Positions 1 to 9,864 of a stretch of DNA of 64,000 bases are shown here, in pieces (the stretch's first letter is position 1; each line of letters starts with the position of its first letter). The DNA lies in the NCBI GenBank assembly GCA_963786955.1, contig CAWBAT010000006.1, positions 736,001 through 800,000 of the forward strand. The letters run 5' to 3'. Made by a program: the position numbers and the translations under genes. The notes beneath the pieces were generated by a model. It was not told the origin of the DNA. It saw only the letters and a program-made list of their open reading frames with translations, and ran no database searches. Source of the DNA: an uncultured Acidimicrobiia bacterium. GTDB lineage: Bacteria > Acidobacteriota > Terriglobia > Versatilivoradales > Versatilivoraceae.

Positions 1-151
1 CGGCAAAGCTCAAGATAAAGTGCCAGGCCTGGCAAGCCAGGGCCAGAACAACCGTCACCCCGCTCAACCACAACGCATGCTGCTGCAAGCGCTTATCTAA
101 ATTGAAATAAACTGGATCTGCAAAAGACGGTTCAGGTCTTAGAGTTGTCAT
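1..151 (-). CDS. atpI: ATP synthase subunit I-like membrane protein, 5' part (runs off window start)
   Basis: Hand translation MTTLRPEPSFADPVYFNLDKRLQQHALWLSGVTVVLALACQAWHFILSFA; start overlaps the end of the AtpZ-like gene, the usual atp leader arrangement. Confidence 0.55.
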   Translation of the reverse strand, partial: MTTLRPEPSFADPVYFNLDKRLQQHALWLSGVTVVLALACQAWHFILSFA

Positions 152-374
152 CGTCCCGATCCATCCATTGGATCACTCTGAACAGATTAATAAACGCTGC
201 CGCGATGCCTAAGAACAGAAAAACTATTTTGAATATATTCTGCGTCCCACACCAACGGTCAAGCCAGTATCCTATCCCGTAACCGATTCCAGTACAGGCC
301 GGGAACATGATGCCTACCGACAAAAGCTCTCCAGCTTGATACTTAGGATTCGGAACGTTTTGAGGTGAATTCAT
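132..374 (-). CDS. AtpZ/AtpI family small membrane protein
   Basis: 80 aa, two TM helices, motif GYGIGYWLDRWCGT...LFLGIAAAFINL. Confidence 0.85.
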   Translation of the reverse strand: MNSPQNVPNPKYQAGELLSVGIMFPACTGIGYGIGYWLDRWCGTQNIFKIVFLFLGIAAAFINLFRVIQWMDRDDDNSKT

Positions 375-542
375 CTCGATATTTAGTTTAGGATATGGAG
401 CGGGGATTTAGCTTGGATTCATGAAGACCTAAATCATCCCAGGTGCAAGCCTATCTCGACCGGGAAACCTACACATCCACACCCTTTCATATGACTTTCT
501 CATTGAGGGGCCTTGTAATTCAAGAAAAAATTGGAGGACGCT

Positions 543-1136
543 ATGAGTGGAAAATTTGTTCTGCGCCTGACCGGCTGCCTTTTGATGATCTTTTCTTTCG
601 CCTGCTCTGCTCCCAAGGAATCTAAGGAGCCCTCCCTCCCTCCAGTGAATAGGGCGGCACCTGAACCCAAACCTGCCGAGATCAAGGTCTATGATATCAG
701 CAAGGAAGACATCACAAAAATTCCCGATATAACAAGTCGAAATATTTCAGTCGAGGGGGTTAAGTTAGGCGACCGCACTCGGGATGTTGACAAAATCCTG
801 GGAAATCCCATCAAGACGGAAACACTCCCCGAAGTTTATCGCAGCGCGTACAAGAATCACAGTCTCTACCTCGAATTCGATCGCCACACGGGAAAAGTAA
901 AAACCATTTATGTGAATAGCCTTTACAAGAATGCCAAAGGAGATCTCGCGGAGTTGCTAGCAAAGGGGAAGCTAGAGCTGCTGAAAAAGATATTTGGCGA
1001 CAACCCTGTTGAAACTCACCCGGAGCCCAAGATTACGATGTTTGAATATCCGGCCAAAGGAATCCAGTTCATTCATCAAGACCAACTGGAAGTAGGCAGC
1101 CACACGTTGAAGCTTGTAGAACCAAAAGGAAATTAG
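543..1136 (+). CDS. Hypothetical lipoprotein
   Basis: GGAGG RBS before ATG 543; signal peptide with lipobox-like FSFAC; GVKLGD..V.KILG.P motif. Confidence 0.7.
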   Translation: MSGKFVLRLTGCLLMIFSFACSAPKESKEPSLPPVNRAAPEPKPAEIKVYDISKEDITKIPDITSRNISVEGVKLGDRTRDVDKILGNPIKTETLPEVYRSAYKNHSLYLEFDRHTGKVKTIYVNSLYKNAKGDLAELLAKGKLELLKKIFGDNPVETHPEPKITMFEYPAKGIQFIHQDQLEVGSHTLKLVEPKGN

Positions 1137-1190
1137 ATTTCGGATTGTGGATTGCCAAAGTCCAAAATGCCGACTGACAAGTGCCAAATG
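1134..1190 (+). repeat. Degenerate heptamer tandem array upstream of the four-helix-bundle gene
   Basis: TAGATTT CGGATTG TGGATTG CCAAAGT CCAAAAT GCCGACT GACAAGT GCCAAAT. Confidence 0.6.
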
Positions 1191-1226
1191 AAGCTTCATA
1201 CGGCCTGCATTTGGTTGAACAAGCAG

Positions 1227-1616
1227 ATGAGTTTTGAAGATCTTAGAAAAAGAACCAAACAGTTAGGTCTTGGGATAATTAGAATGGCAGAAACTTTGCC
1301 AAGAACCTCTACAAGTTTTGTGATCGCGCGTCAACTCATCAGGAGCGGCACTTCCGTTGGTGCAAACTATCGAGCTGCATGCCGCGCCAGATCTCATGCT
1401 GAATTTATTGCAAAACTGGGAATCGTTGAAGAGGAGTGTGATGAATCCCTTTATTGGATGGAAATGCTTGTAGAGTCAGGACTAGTCAATCCCGAAAAAG
1501 TCAAAGAGGTAATGAAAGAAGGCACGGAGATTCTTGCAGTTATCGTTGCCTCTCGAAAGACCGCCAAGTCTCGGGGCCAGGCCCAGAAAAAAAACATTTT
1601 CGTAAGCCTGGTCTAG
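1227..1616 (+). CDS. Four helix bundle protein (23S rRNA IVS / S23-like family)
   Basis: Motifs QLIRSGTSVGANYRAA.RARS..EFIAKLGIVEEECDES.YW.E.L. Confidence 0.92.
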   Translation: MSFEDLRKRTKQLGLGIIRMAETLPRTSTSFVIARQLIRSGTSVGANYRAACRARSHAEFIAKLGIVEEECDESLYWMEMLVESGLVNPEKVKEVMKEGTEILAVIVASRKTAKSRGQAQKKNIFVSLV

Positions 1617-1657
1617 CCCCCTCAGGTTCGTTAAGACAAAGTCAAAAACGCAACACA

Positions 1658-1708
1658 AGACATTCGGCATTTGGCAATCAGCATTCTGACATTGGCCCTT
1701 GAGCATTA
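1658..1708 (-). repeat. Degenerate heptamer array, inverted relative to 1134-1190
   Basis: Reverse complement reads AATGCTC AAGGGCC AATGTCA GAATGCT GATTGCC AAATGCC GAATGTC. Confidence 0.65.
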
Positions 1709-3331
1709 TCAATGGCCATTTCGAACTTGGGAATCGGCGATCGGCAATGCCTTCACCTGGCTGGCCTGTTCTATCGGCCGCGAGAAAAATCCGGGCTGAA
1801 CTTTGGCGACAATCTGGTTGACCGGCTTCTCAATGATCCGGAAAAAAGGCTTGGGATAGATCCCGATCCAAAACGCCATGATGACGAGGGGAAAGAGGGT
1901 TGCAAATTCCCGCAGGTTAATGTCTTTAAGCTTCGCGTTCTTGGGGTTCGTAATCTGCCCAAACATCATGCGCTGATAGAGCCAAAGCATATACGCGGCC
2001 CCGAGCACAATTCCCAAACATCCCCAGGCTCCCCAAAGCATCTTCTTTTGAAATGCTCCCGCTAAAATCGTGAATTCTCCGATAAAGCCATTCAAGAGCG
2101 GCAGTCCAATCGATGACATGGTGATGATCAGGAACAAGGTTGCAAAGACCGGCATCACGTGGGAAAGGCCGCCAAATTCGGAAATCTCCCGCGTATGCCG
2201 GCGTTCATAGATCATTCCGACAATCAAGAAGAGTGCTCCGGTTGAAATGCCGTGGTTGATTTGTTGAATGATGCTGCCATTGATGCCGTTGGGATTGAGC
2301 GCAAATAACCCCAGCATACAAAAGCCTAAATGGCTGACGGAGGAGTAAGCGACCAGTTTCTTGGCATCCTTCTGCATTAGGGCCACCAGGGCTCCATAGA
2401 CGATCCCGACAATGGACAGGAAGACCATCAAATTCAAAATGCCAAATTGATGGTGAATCAACCCAAAAGTGAAATAGGAAAAATTGAGCGAAGAGGTGTC
2501 CTTGACGGCATCCGGAAACATCGGAAGGCTGAAGCGCACGAAACCATACGTTCCCATCTTCAGCAGAACCCCCGCCAGGATCACAGACCCTGCCGTCGGA
2601 GCCTCCACGTGGGCATCCGGCAACCAGGTATGAAAAGGAAACATGGGAACTTTGATGGCAAATCCCACGAAAAAAGCAAAAAACACCCAGAACTGATATT
2701 CCCAGGGTAAGTTCAGCTTTTGGATATCCGGAATGCTGAAGGAGTACGTGCCCGTCACCTTGTAGTTATAGAAATAAAGAGCCAGGATGCCCAGAAGCAT
2801 CAGCAAAGAACCAAACAAGGTATAGAGAAAGAACTTGATGGCTGCATAGAGTTTCCTGGGGCCGCCCCAAACCCCGATGAGGAAGTACATCGGGACGAGC
2901 ATCACTTCCCAGAAGAGGTAAAAGAGGAAAAAGTCGAGCGACATGAAGACCCCAAGCATCCCGGTCTGGAGGAGCAACATGAAGATGTAATACTCCTTCA
3001 CTCGATCCTCGATGGCACTCCAGGAAGACAGGATCGAGAGGAAGCCTAGCCCCGTTGTCAACAGAATCATCAAAAGACTGATGCCATCGATTCCCAGGTG
3101 ATAATCGACGCCGAGTCCGGGAATCCAGGAGTGTCTCTCGACAAATTGAAAGCCTTCCAGGTTTGGATCGAATCTGAGTGCCAAGGGAATCGACACCAGA
3201 AACCCGACGGCGCCCACAATATTGGCAAACCAACGGATGAAGTTTTTTTTCTCTTTATCAAAGAACAGGAGCAATAGCGCTCCAACCAATGGCGTGTAGG
3301 CAACAACGGATAGAAGGTGGTTTTGGAACAT
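1709..3331 (-). CDS. nuoM: NADH-quinone oxidoreductase subunit M
   Basis: 540 aa polytopic membrane protein; LFYLFWEVMLVPMYFLIGVWGG and KVPMFPFHTWLPDAHVEAPTAGS motifs. Confidence 0.95.
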   Translation of the reverse strand: MFQNHLLSVVAYTPLVGALLLLFFDKEKKNFIRWFANIVGAVGFLVSIPLALRFDPNLEGFQFVERHSWIPGLGVDYHLGIDGISLLMILLTTGLGFLSILSSWSAIEDRVKEYYIFMLLLQTGMLGVFMSLDFFLFYLFWEVMLVPMYFLIGVWGGPRKLYAAIKFFLYTLFGSLLMLLGILALYFYNYKVTGTYSFSIPDIQKLNLPWEYQFWVFFAFFVGFAIKVPMFPFHTWLPDAHVEAPTAGSVILAGVLLKMGTYGFVRFSLPMFPDAVKDTSSLNFSYFTFGLIHHQFGILNLMVFLSIVGIVYGALVALMQKDAKKLVAYSSVSHLGFCMLGLFALNPNGINGSIIQQINHGISTGALFLIVGMIYERRHTREISEFGGLSHVMPVFATLFLIITMSSIGLPLLNGFIGEFTILAGAFQKKMLWGAWGCLGIVLGAAYMLWLYQRMMFGQITNPKNAKLKDINLREFATLFPLVIMAFWIGIYPKPFFRIIEKPVNQIVAKVQPGFFSRPIEQASQVKALPIADSQVRNGH

Positions 3332-3349
3332 GAAGACAATTCCTCCCAG

Positions 3350-5408
3350 CTACCTCAAGAAAAAGTAACTCACGAGCAACACAATTCCCCCAATACTAAA
3401 GGCAAAATAATTTTGAATGATGCCTGTCTGTAAGCGTCGAATGGGATAACTCATGTAGAAAATCAAGTCGGATCGGCGCACGGCAAAATCCACCACCCAA
3501 TAATCGAAGAACCCGGAAACCGAAGCTGTGAGACGGGTCAGCCAGGCAGAACCATTCACACCGCCATCAATCACGCGCAGATCAAATTTGGCCAGGAAGG
3601 TCCCCAGGTCTTTGGTGCGATTCACAATCAACGCATCATAGATTTCATCGACCCAATACTTGTTGAGCAGGGTAAGATAGAGTCCGCGATAGCGGGTCAT
3701 GAGCCGTTCCGGCAACTCCGGATTCTCGACATAGAAGGCACGGGCCAAGAAGGAATCCCACGACGGCTATTCCCAACGCTACCCCCGTCATCCCCCACTC
3801 CATCGCCTCGCTCCCATGCAGCACCTCTTCCCCTAATGACGGTGCAAACACCGGCTCCATAAACCGCTCTAAAACATTCGGCACGTTTCCCAAATAATGC
3901 CCGATCAGCGGCGGAATCCCCAGCCAGCCGGCCACAATCGATCCGATCGCCAGAATCTGTAGCGGTCCCGTCATGCTCCCCGGCGATTCGTGCACATGAT
4001 GCTCCACCTCAGGCGACATCCGCGGCTTCCCGTAGAACGTCAAAATCAGCATCCGAAACATGTAAAACGACGTCATCCCGGCCGCCACTACCGCCACCAG
4101 CCATAACAGCCGGTGTCCGCTCGAAAACGTCCGCCACAAGATCTCATCTTTACTGAAAAATCCCGCCAGTGGCGGAAATCCTGCTATCGCCACCGTCCCC
4201 ACCAGCATCGTCCACCAGGTCGTCCGGATCTTGCTCTTCAACCCGCCCATCTTCCGAATGTCCTGTTCGCCTCCCATGGCATGAATCACACTGCCCGCTC
4301 CCAAAAATAGCAGTGCCTTGAAAAAGGCGTGGGTCATCAAGTGAAAAATGCCCGCCCCGAAGGCTCCCACCCCGCAACCCAGAAACATGTAGCCCAACTG
4401 ACTCACCGTTGAATAGGCCAGCACCTTCTTGATGTCGTTTTGCACCAGCCCGATCGAGGCCGCAAAGATGGCCGTCAACGCTCCCACCACCGCGACCAGT
4501 TCCATGGCCGTCGGAGCCAGCCCAAACAAGGCGTTGCAACGGGCCACCATGTAGACTCCGGCCGTCACCATCGTCGCCGCATGAATCAGGGCACTGACCG
4601 GGGTCGGGCCTTCCATGGCATCCGGCAACCAGACGTAGAGCGGGACCTGGGCGGACTTGCCCATCGCTCCAATAAACAACAGGATGCAGATGGCGGTCAG
4701 GACTGGATCCCCAGTCGCCAATGCGCCGTGGCTTACTTTCGCTTTTGCTGCAGCGAAGACAGTTGTAAAGTCCAGAGATCCAAAGGTAGTGAAAACAAGA
4801 AACATCCCGAGCATGAAACCGTAATCGCCCACCCGGTTGACGATGAATGCCTTCTTCCCGGCATCGGCAGCACTCTTCTTGTGAAAATAGAAACCAATCA
4901 GCAAATACGAACACAACCCCACGCCTTCCCACCCGACAAACATCAGGACGAAGTTATTGGCGAGAACCAAGGTCAGCATGGAGAACATGAACAGGTTCAG
5001 ATAAGCGAAGAAGCGGTAATACCCGCCTTCGTGCGCCATGTAACCGGTTGAGTAGATATGGATGAGAAAACCGATCCCCGTAACTACTAGGATCATGACA
5101 CTTGAGAGAGGATCAAGCTGGAAACCCCAAGACAAGACGAAAGGAGCCAACCCTCCGGAGCGGAGTTCTCCGAGGCCGGCAGAGATCCAGGGAAACAAAT
5201 TGATTTTGATCAGCCGCTCGTGAGCAGGCAATTCGAGGAGCTGACGGACGGCACCCAGTGAGAACAAGAAGGACAAGCCGACTAATCCGCAGGCTACATA
5301 ATTAATAACCTGTTTTGGAAGTCTCTTTCCGAGGACTCCGTTGAGGAATGCACCAGCTGCAGGAAACAGAGGGATTAACCAAATGAGTTCTAAGAAATTC
5401 ATGCCCAT
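3350..5408 (-). CDS. nuoL: NADH-quinone oxidoreductase subunit L (frameshift near 3745, probably assembly error)
   Basis: GKSAQVPLYVWLPDAMEGPTPVSALIHAATMV in ORF 3645-5408; C-terminal NKYWVDEIYD and RRLQTG in ORF 3350-3748. Confidence 0.93.
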
Positions 5409-5692
5409 CCTACCCGATCAGTTAAAACAGGCCTCTGGCCTGGAAGCTGGAAAGATGCTGTAACTTTAATCTAAGAATTACGAAACGCAGGATAATTGCT
5501 TTCTGGGGGATGACAGTTGTCAAAAAGTGGGATCTTTGCCACTAACCCATTTTCATCCAAGATGTTATCATTTTGGACCCATACGACTGGGTTTCTAGCA
5601 TAATCAACATTTCAAAGTCAACAAACGAATCGGGAATCCGCCCGATAGAAGATAGCTGAGAAGACGGCCTGCTGTTTCCCCGCCTGGGAGAG

Positions 5693-5812
5693 GAAGGCGT
5701 GAAAAGATCGTAGTAACGACTTCAGTCGTTCCAGAGTTGGGTTGAAAAGAAACGACTAAAGTCGTCACTACAAACACTCAAAAGGCCCTCCCATCAATTT
5801 TTGCATACCTTC
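5693..5812. mobile_element. MITE-like shell containing a GTAG-type REP doublet
   Basis: Ends GAAGGCGTGAAAAGA / TTTTTGCATACCTTC form an imperfect IR; inside, GTAGTAACGACTTCAGTCGTT (5710-5730) is inverted to AACGACTAAAGTCGTCACTAC (5751-5771). Confidence 0.65.
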
Positions 5813-6038
5813 ATAGGGGAGGATTGAAAGTGTTCCGCCGGGTCGTGAGACTCGGCCAACAACGTGTTTGCGTCTGGACTAAAGCCCAGAAAAAACTGGA
5901 CAAATGATTCGGGCGGTTGCATTTTATGTTTCTCTTCCAGAATTCAGAGATACTCGAGTGGATTGCGATGCTTACTGGCGCTTTTCTGAACTGAATTCAA
6001 ATGCTTTACCATCTCGCAAAGCGATTGGGAGGCAGTCA

Positions 6039-6449
6039 ATGAAAAGGAACCGAGCTGTAGAGATTAGTTACTGCTTGCTTCGAGTTGTCACGGGGTTGCT
6101 GTTCTTCCAGGTCGGCAGCATGAAACTCTTTGGATGGTTTGGCGGGATGCCAGGCGGGGGCACGGCACGATTGATGTCTCAGGTGGGCATCGGCGGGGTG
6201 CTTGAGGTCTTTGGCGGTATTCTGATCCTGCTCGGCCTCGTGACCAGGCCCGTGGCATTGATACTATCCGGCGAGATGGCTGTCGCGTATTGGCAGTTTC
6301 ACGCTCCGCACGGAGCGTGGCCGATTCTGAACCAAGGGCAGCCTGCAGTCTTGTTTTGTTTCATCTTCCTTTACATGGCGACGCAGGGCGCCGGCGAATG
6401 GAGCCTCGACGCATTGATTCGGCGCAAACGTGTGGCGCTACGAGTCTGA
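6039..6449 (+). CDS. DoxX family membrane protein
   Basis: GGAGG RBS; LLRVVTGLLF..G..KLFG, GVLEVFGG.LILLGL.TR, SGEMAVAY...H, GAG.WSLD motifs. Confidence 0.92.
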   Translation: MKRNRAVEISYCLLRVVTGLLFFQVGSMKLFGWFGGMPGGGTARLMSQVGIGGVLEVFGGILILLGLVTRPVALILSGEMAVAYWQFHAPHGAWPILNQGQPAVLFCFIFLYMATQGAGEWSLDALIRRKRVALRV

Positions 6450-6536
6450 TTTGCTAAAATACTCTTCATTAACGATTATTGTCGCGACACAACCTATTAA
6501 ATCCTGGGTCACCTATGTGATGAAAAGGAGGGAGGA

Positions 6537-7724
6537 ATGAGTGGAGTCAGAGTGCTGGTGGGGACACGTAAAGGCGCGTTTATCTTGTCATCGGACGGGA
6601 AGCGCAAACAGTGGGAGGTTGCTGGCCCCCACTTTGGGGGCTGGGAGATGTATCACCTCAAGGGTTCGCCTGTTGATCCGAACCGGCTGTATGCATCGCA
6701 GACCAGCGGCTGGTTCGGGCAAATTATCCAGCGCTCGAATGACGGGGGCAAGACGTGGGAGCAACCCGGCTTGAAGCCCGGCGAGTCGGCGACAACCCCG
6801 GAGGGCATGCCGAAAGCCGAGAGTAATAAATTCGTTTACGACGTTTCCCCTGAAAGCGGCAAGCCCCTCACAACTCACCAATGGTATGACGGTACACAAC
6901 ACCCATGGGAATTTAAGCGGGTGTGGCACCTGGAACCCTCGCTGAACGATCCGAACACCGTTTACGCAGGGGTGGAAGATGCCGCCTTATTTCGTTCAAC
7001 GGATGGTGGCCAGAACTGGCAGGAACTTTCCGGACTCCGTGGCCACGGTACAGGCCCCCAATGGCAGCCAGGGGCTGGGGGGTTGGGTCTGCATACGATT
7101 CTCCTGGATCCGAGCAACCCCAAGCGGATTTACATCGCTATCTCGTCGGCAGGCGCCTTTCGGACCGATGACGGTGGCAAAACCTGGCGCCCGATCAACC
7201 GTGGATTGAAATCGCAATACATCCCGGACCCGAATGCCGAGGTAGGCCACTGCGTGCACCGCATGGCGCTGCATCGAGAGCGTCCAAATGTCTTGTTCAT
7301 GCAAAAACACTGGGACGTCATGCGCAGCGACGATGCCGGCGATTCGTGGCGGGAGGTCAGTGGAAACCTGCCGACCGACTTCGGGTTTGTGATCGACGTG
7401 CACGCTCACGAACCGGAAACCATCTACGTCGTTCCCATCAAGAGCGATTCGGAGCATTTTCCCTTGGAAGGAAAGCTCACCGTCTATCGCAGCAAGTCAG
7501 GTGGGAATGAGTGGGAACCCCTCACGAAAGGTCTCCCGCAACGTGATTGCTACGTTAACGTACTGCGCGACGCGATGGCTGTCGATTCGCTCGACAAGTG
7601 CGGCGTGTATTTCGGCACCACCGGCGGGCAAGTCTATGCTTCGGCTGATGCCGGCGACAGTTGGGCACCCATCGTCAGAGATCTTCCGGCTGTACTTTCA
7701 GTGGAGGTTCAAACCCTGCCATGA
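6537..7724 (+). CDS. BNR/Asp-box repeat beta-propeller protein (exo-alpha-sialidase-like)
   Basis: Repeated Asp-boxes [40 protein letters not shown]; no signal peptide. Confidence 0.9.
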   Translation: MSGVRVLVGTRKGAFILSSDGKRKQWEVAGPHFGGWEMYHLKGSPVDPNRLYASQTSGWFGQIIQRSNDGGKTWEQPGLKPGESATTPEGMPKAESNKFVYDVSPESGKPLTTHQWYDGTQHPWEFKRVWHLEPSLNDPNTVYAGVEDAALFRSTDGGQNWQELSGLRGHGTGPQWQPGAGGLGLHTILLDPSNPKRIYIAISSAGAFRTDDGGKTWRPINRGLKSQYIPDPNAEVGHCVHRMALHRERPNVLFMQKHWDVMRSDDAGDSWREVSGNLPTDFGFVIDVHAHEPETIYVVPIKSDSEHFPLEGKLTVYRSKSGGNEWEPLTKGLPQRDCYVNVLRDAMAVDSLDKCGVYFGTTGGQVYASADAGDSWAPIVRDLPAVLSVEVQTLP

Positions 7725-8017
7725 TCCGGGTCGTACTCCCGTTTCATTTGCGGACACTGGCGCGCGTTGAGGGCGAGGTAGAGCTCGATGTTAAGGGACC
7801 GGTCACTCAGAGTTCGGTGCTCGACGCGCTCGAGGCCCGCTATCCGGTACTGCGCGGGACGATCCGGGATCACGTCACCCACAAGCGGCGAGCGTTTGTG
7901 CGGTTCTTCGCCTGCCAGGAGGACCTATCTCATGAACCACCGGACACTCCGCTGCCCGAGGCCGTCGCGACAGGAGCCGAGCCTTACTTGATCATCGGGG
8001 CCATTGCGGGTGGCTAA
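7721..8017 (+). CDS. MoaD/ThiS family ubiquitin-like protein
   Basis: 98 aa beta-grasp-like sequence ending IIGAIAGG; ATGA overlap with upstream gene. Confidence 0.9.
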   Translation: MIRVVLPFHLRTLARVEGEVELDVKGPVTQSSVLDALEARYPVLRGTIRDHVTHKRRAFVRFFACQEDLSHEPPDTPLPEAVATGAEPYLIIGAIAGG

Positions 8018-8026
8018 GTGCTAGCA

Positions 8027-8154
8027 GGTAGCCACGATTGAACGGCGCGTTTGGCCGGTCAATCGTGGATCGTGATGGAATGCAATAACCTGAGCAAACA
8101 ATCTCATAACACAATCCCACGATAGCCGCAAAAAGCGCGTCAATCGTGGCTACC
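8027..8154. repeat. REPIN (inverted pair of long GTAG REP hairpins) left of RAYT
   Basis: GGTAGCCACGATTGA...TCAATCGTGG at 8027-8068 and CCACGATAG...TCAATCGTGGCTACC ending 8154. Confidence 0.85.
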
Positions 8155-8171
8155 AGTGGCAAGATACATCC

Positions 8172-8681
8172 GTGTCCAAGATTCACAGGCTCAAGAACTC
8201 AGAGAAGATTTTTTTCATCACAACCAATTTGAACCTCGGTGAGCGGCCCTTTCACGAACCGGAATACCAAATCATTACAGAAACGATTATCAACACCCGA
8301 CGTCGGCTCGATTTCTTACTTTTTGGCTACGTCCTAATGCCAGATCACTGGCACGCCTTGATTTGGCCCAGATCGCCAGTCACGATATCCGACGTTCTGC
8401 AAAATGTGAAACGGGTCTCATCGTTGAAGATCAACCGCCTGCGACAGGCGCACGGGTCTCGGTGGCAGCATCAGTTTTGGGATCGTTTTGTCCGCCATTC
8501 CAAGGAGTTCGGGGATCGGTTGGAGTATATGCACATGAACCCTCTCCGCAAGGGTCTGATCGAAAAGCCCGAACAGTGGCGGTGGTCCAGTTACAATAAC
8601 TTCTCCCTCGACCATTCTGTTGTGGCCGCTTGCCCGATCCAGATTGACTATGTTCGCCTTCCCGACAATTACCGGGCATGA
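8172..8681 (+). mobile_element. REP-associated tyrosine transposase (RAYT, Y1 HUH)
   Basis: FFITT, YVLMPDHWHALI (HUH), WQ..FWD..VR, YMHMNP (catalytic Tyr), W.WSSY motifs. Confidence 0.93.
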
Positions 8682-8691
8682 AATAAAGAAG

Positions 8692-8831
8692 GGTAGACAC
8701 GATTGAACGGCGTGTTGAGCCGGTCAATCGTGGATCGCAAGTGACCGGCATTGGAGTGAAAGCAGCCTAAGCGCACAATCATACAACACAAGCCCACGAT
8801 AGCCGCACAAAGCGCGTCAATCGTGGCTACC
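8692..8831. repeat. REPIN right of RAYT, direct repeat of 8027-8154
   Basis: GGTAGACACGATTGAACGGCGTGTTGAGCCGGTCAATCGTGG ... CCACGATAGCCGCACAAAGCGCGTCAATCGTGGCTACC. Confidence 0.85.
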
Positions 8832-9000
8832 ACTCCTTATTTTGGAAAATCCCCTTTTGATTCTTGCGTTTGCAGATTGGCTCTACAAATAACAGACATT
8901 TTATACGATAATAGGTTAGCAAAGCCTCTACTTGAACAGAGAGGGGACTTTGTTGACTTATTGACAATTGATACGAAAGAAACAAGAAAGGAGCGTATCC

Positions 9001-9855
9001 ATGATGAACGCTACCCCAAACACCCCGCAGGACAAGATTACCCTTCCGAAGTTAATCGCTCGAAAAACTGAAAAAAGAAAGATCACCTGCCTTACGGCCG
9101 CGGATTATCCTTTCGCCCGACTGATTGACGAAGCAGGAATCGATTTGATCCTGGTGGGCGACTCCCTGGCCATGACCCGTCTAGGCTATTCCACCACCGT
9201 TCCAGTGAGCATGACGGAAATGATTATCCACCTTCAAGCCGTGCGGCGCGCCGTTCAGCGAGCTTTCCTCGTGGCCGATATGCCTTTTGGTTCTTACCAT
9301 GTCGGTCAAAAGGCCGCCATGCAGAATGCTGTCCGGCTGGTCAAAGAAGGAGGAGCTGAAGCCATCAAGCTCGAAGGCGGGCGAAAACGGGCCCGGCTAG
9401 TTCAACGACTGGTTGAAGCGGAGATTCCCGTCATGGGTCACATTGGCCTGACTCCGCAATCCGTCCATGCCATGGGAGGATATAAGGTCCAGGGAAAGAC
9501 CCCGGAACAAGCCCAAGAATTGATTGATGACGCCCTTACCTTGCAAGAGATTGGCGTGTTCTCCATCGTGTTAGAGGGTATTCCTCAGGAATTGGCTAAG
9601 GAGATTACCACCTTGCTGCGTATCCCCACTATCGGCATTGGCGCCGGTCTGCACTGTGACGGGCAGATCCTGGTCACCGAGGACTTGCTGGGCTTGACTT
9701 TCGCAAAGGCCCCTAAGTTCGTCCGGCGTTATGCCAACTTGCAGGAAATTATTCGAGAGGCCTTACACCACTTCTCCGAAGATTGTCGCGAAGAGAACTT
9801 CCCTTCAGCCGCGGAATCTTATTCTCTGGATTCGACAAAAGCCTCGGCCCGTTAA
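9001..9855 (+). CDS. panB: 3-methyl-2-oxobutanoate hydroxymethyltransferase
   Basis: LVGDSL, VADMPFGSY, KLEGG, GHIGLTPQS, PTIGIGAG..CDGQILV. Confidence 0.96.
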   Translation: MMNATPNTPQDKITLPKLIARKTEKRKITCLTAADYPFARLIDEAGIDLILVGDSLAMTRLGYSTTVPVSMTEMIIHLQAVRRAVQRAFLVADMPFGSYHVGQKAAMQNAVRLVKEGGAEAIKLEGGRKRARLVQRLVEAEIPVMGHIGLTPQSVHAMGGYKVQGKTPEQAQELIDDALTLQEIGVFSIVLEGIPQELAKEITTLLRIPTIGIGAGLHCDGQILVTEDLLGLTFAKAPKFVRRYANLQEIIREALHHFSEDCREENFPSAAESYSLDSTKASAR

Positions 9856-9864
9856 GAGACCTCC

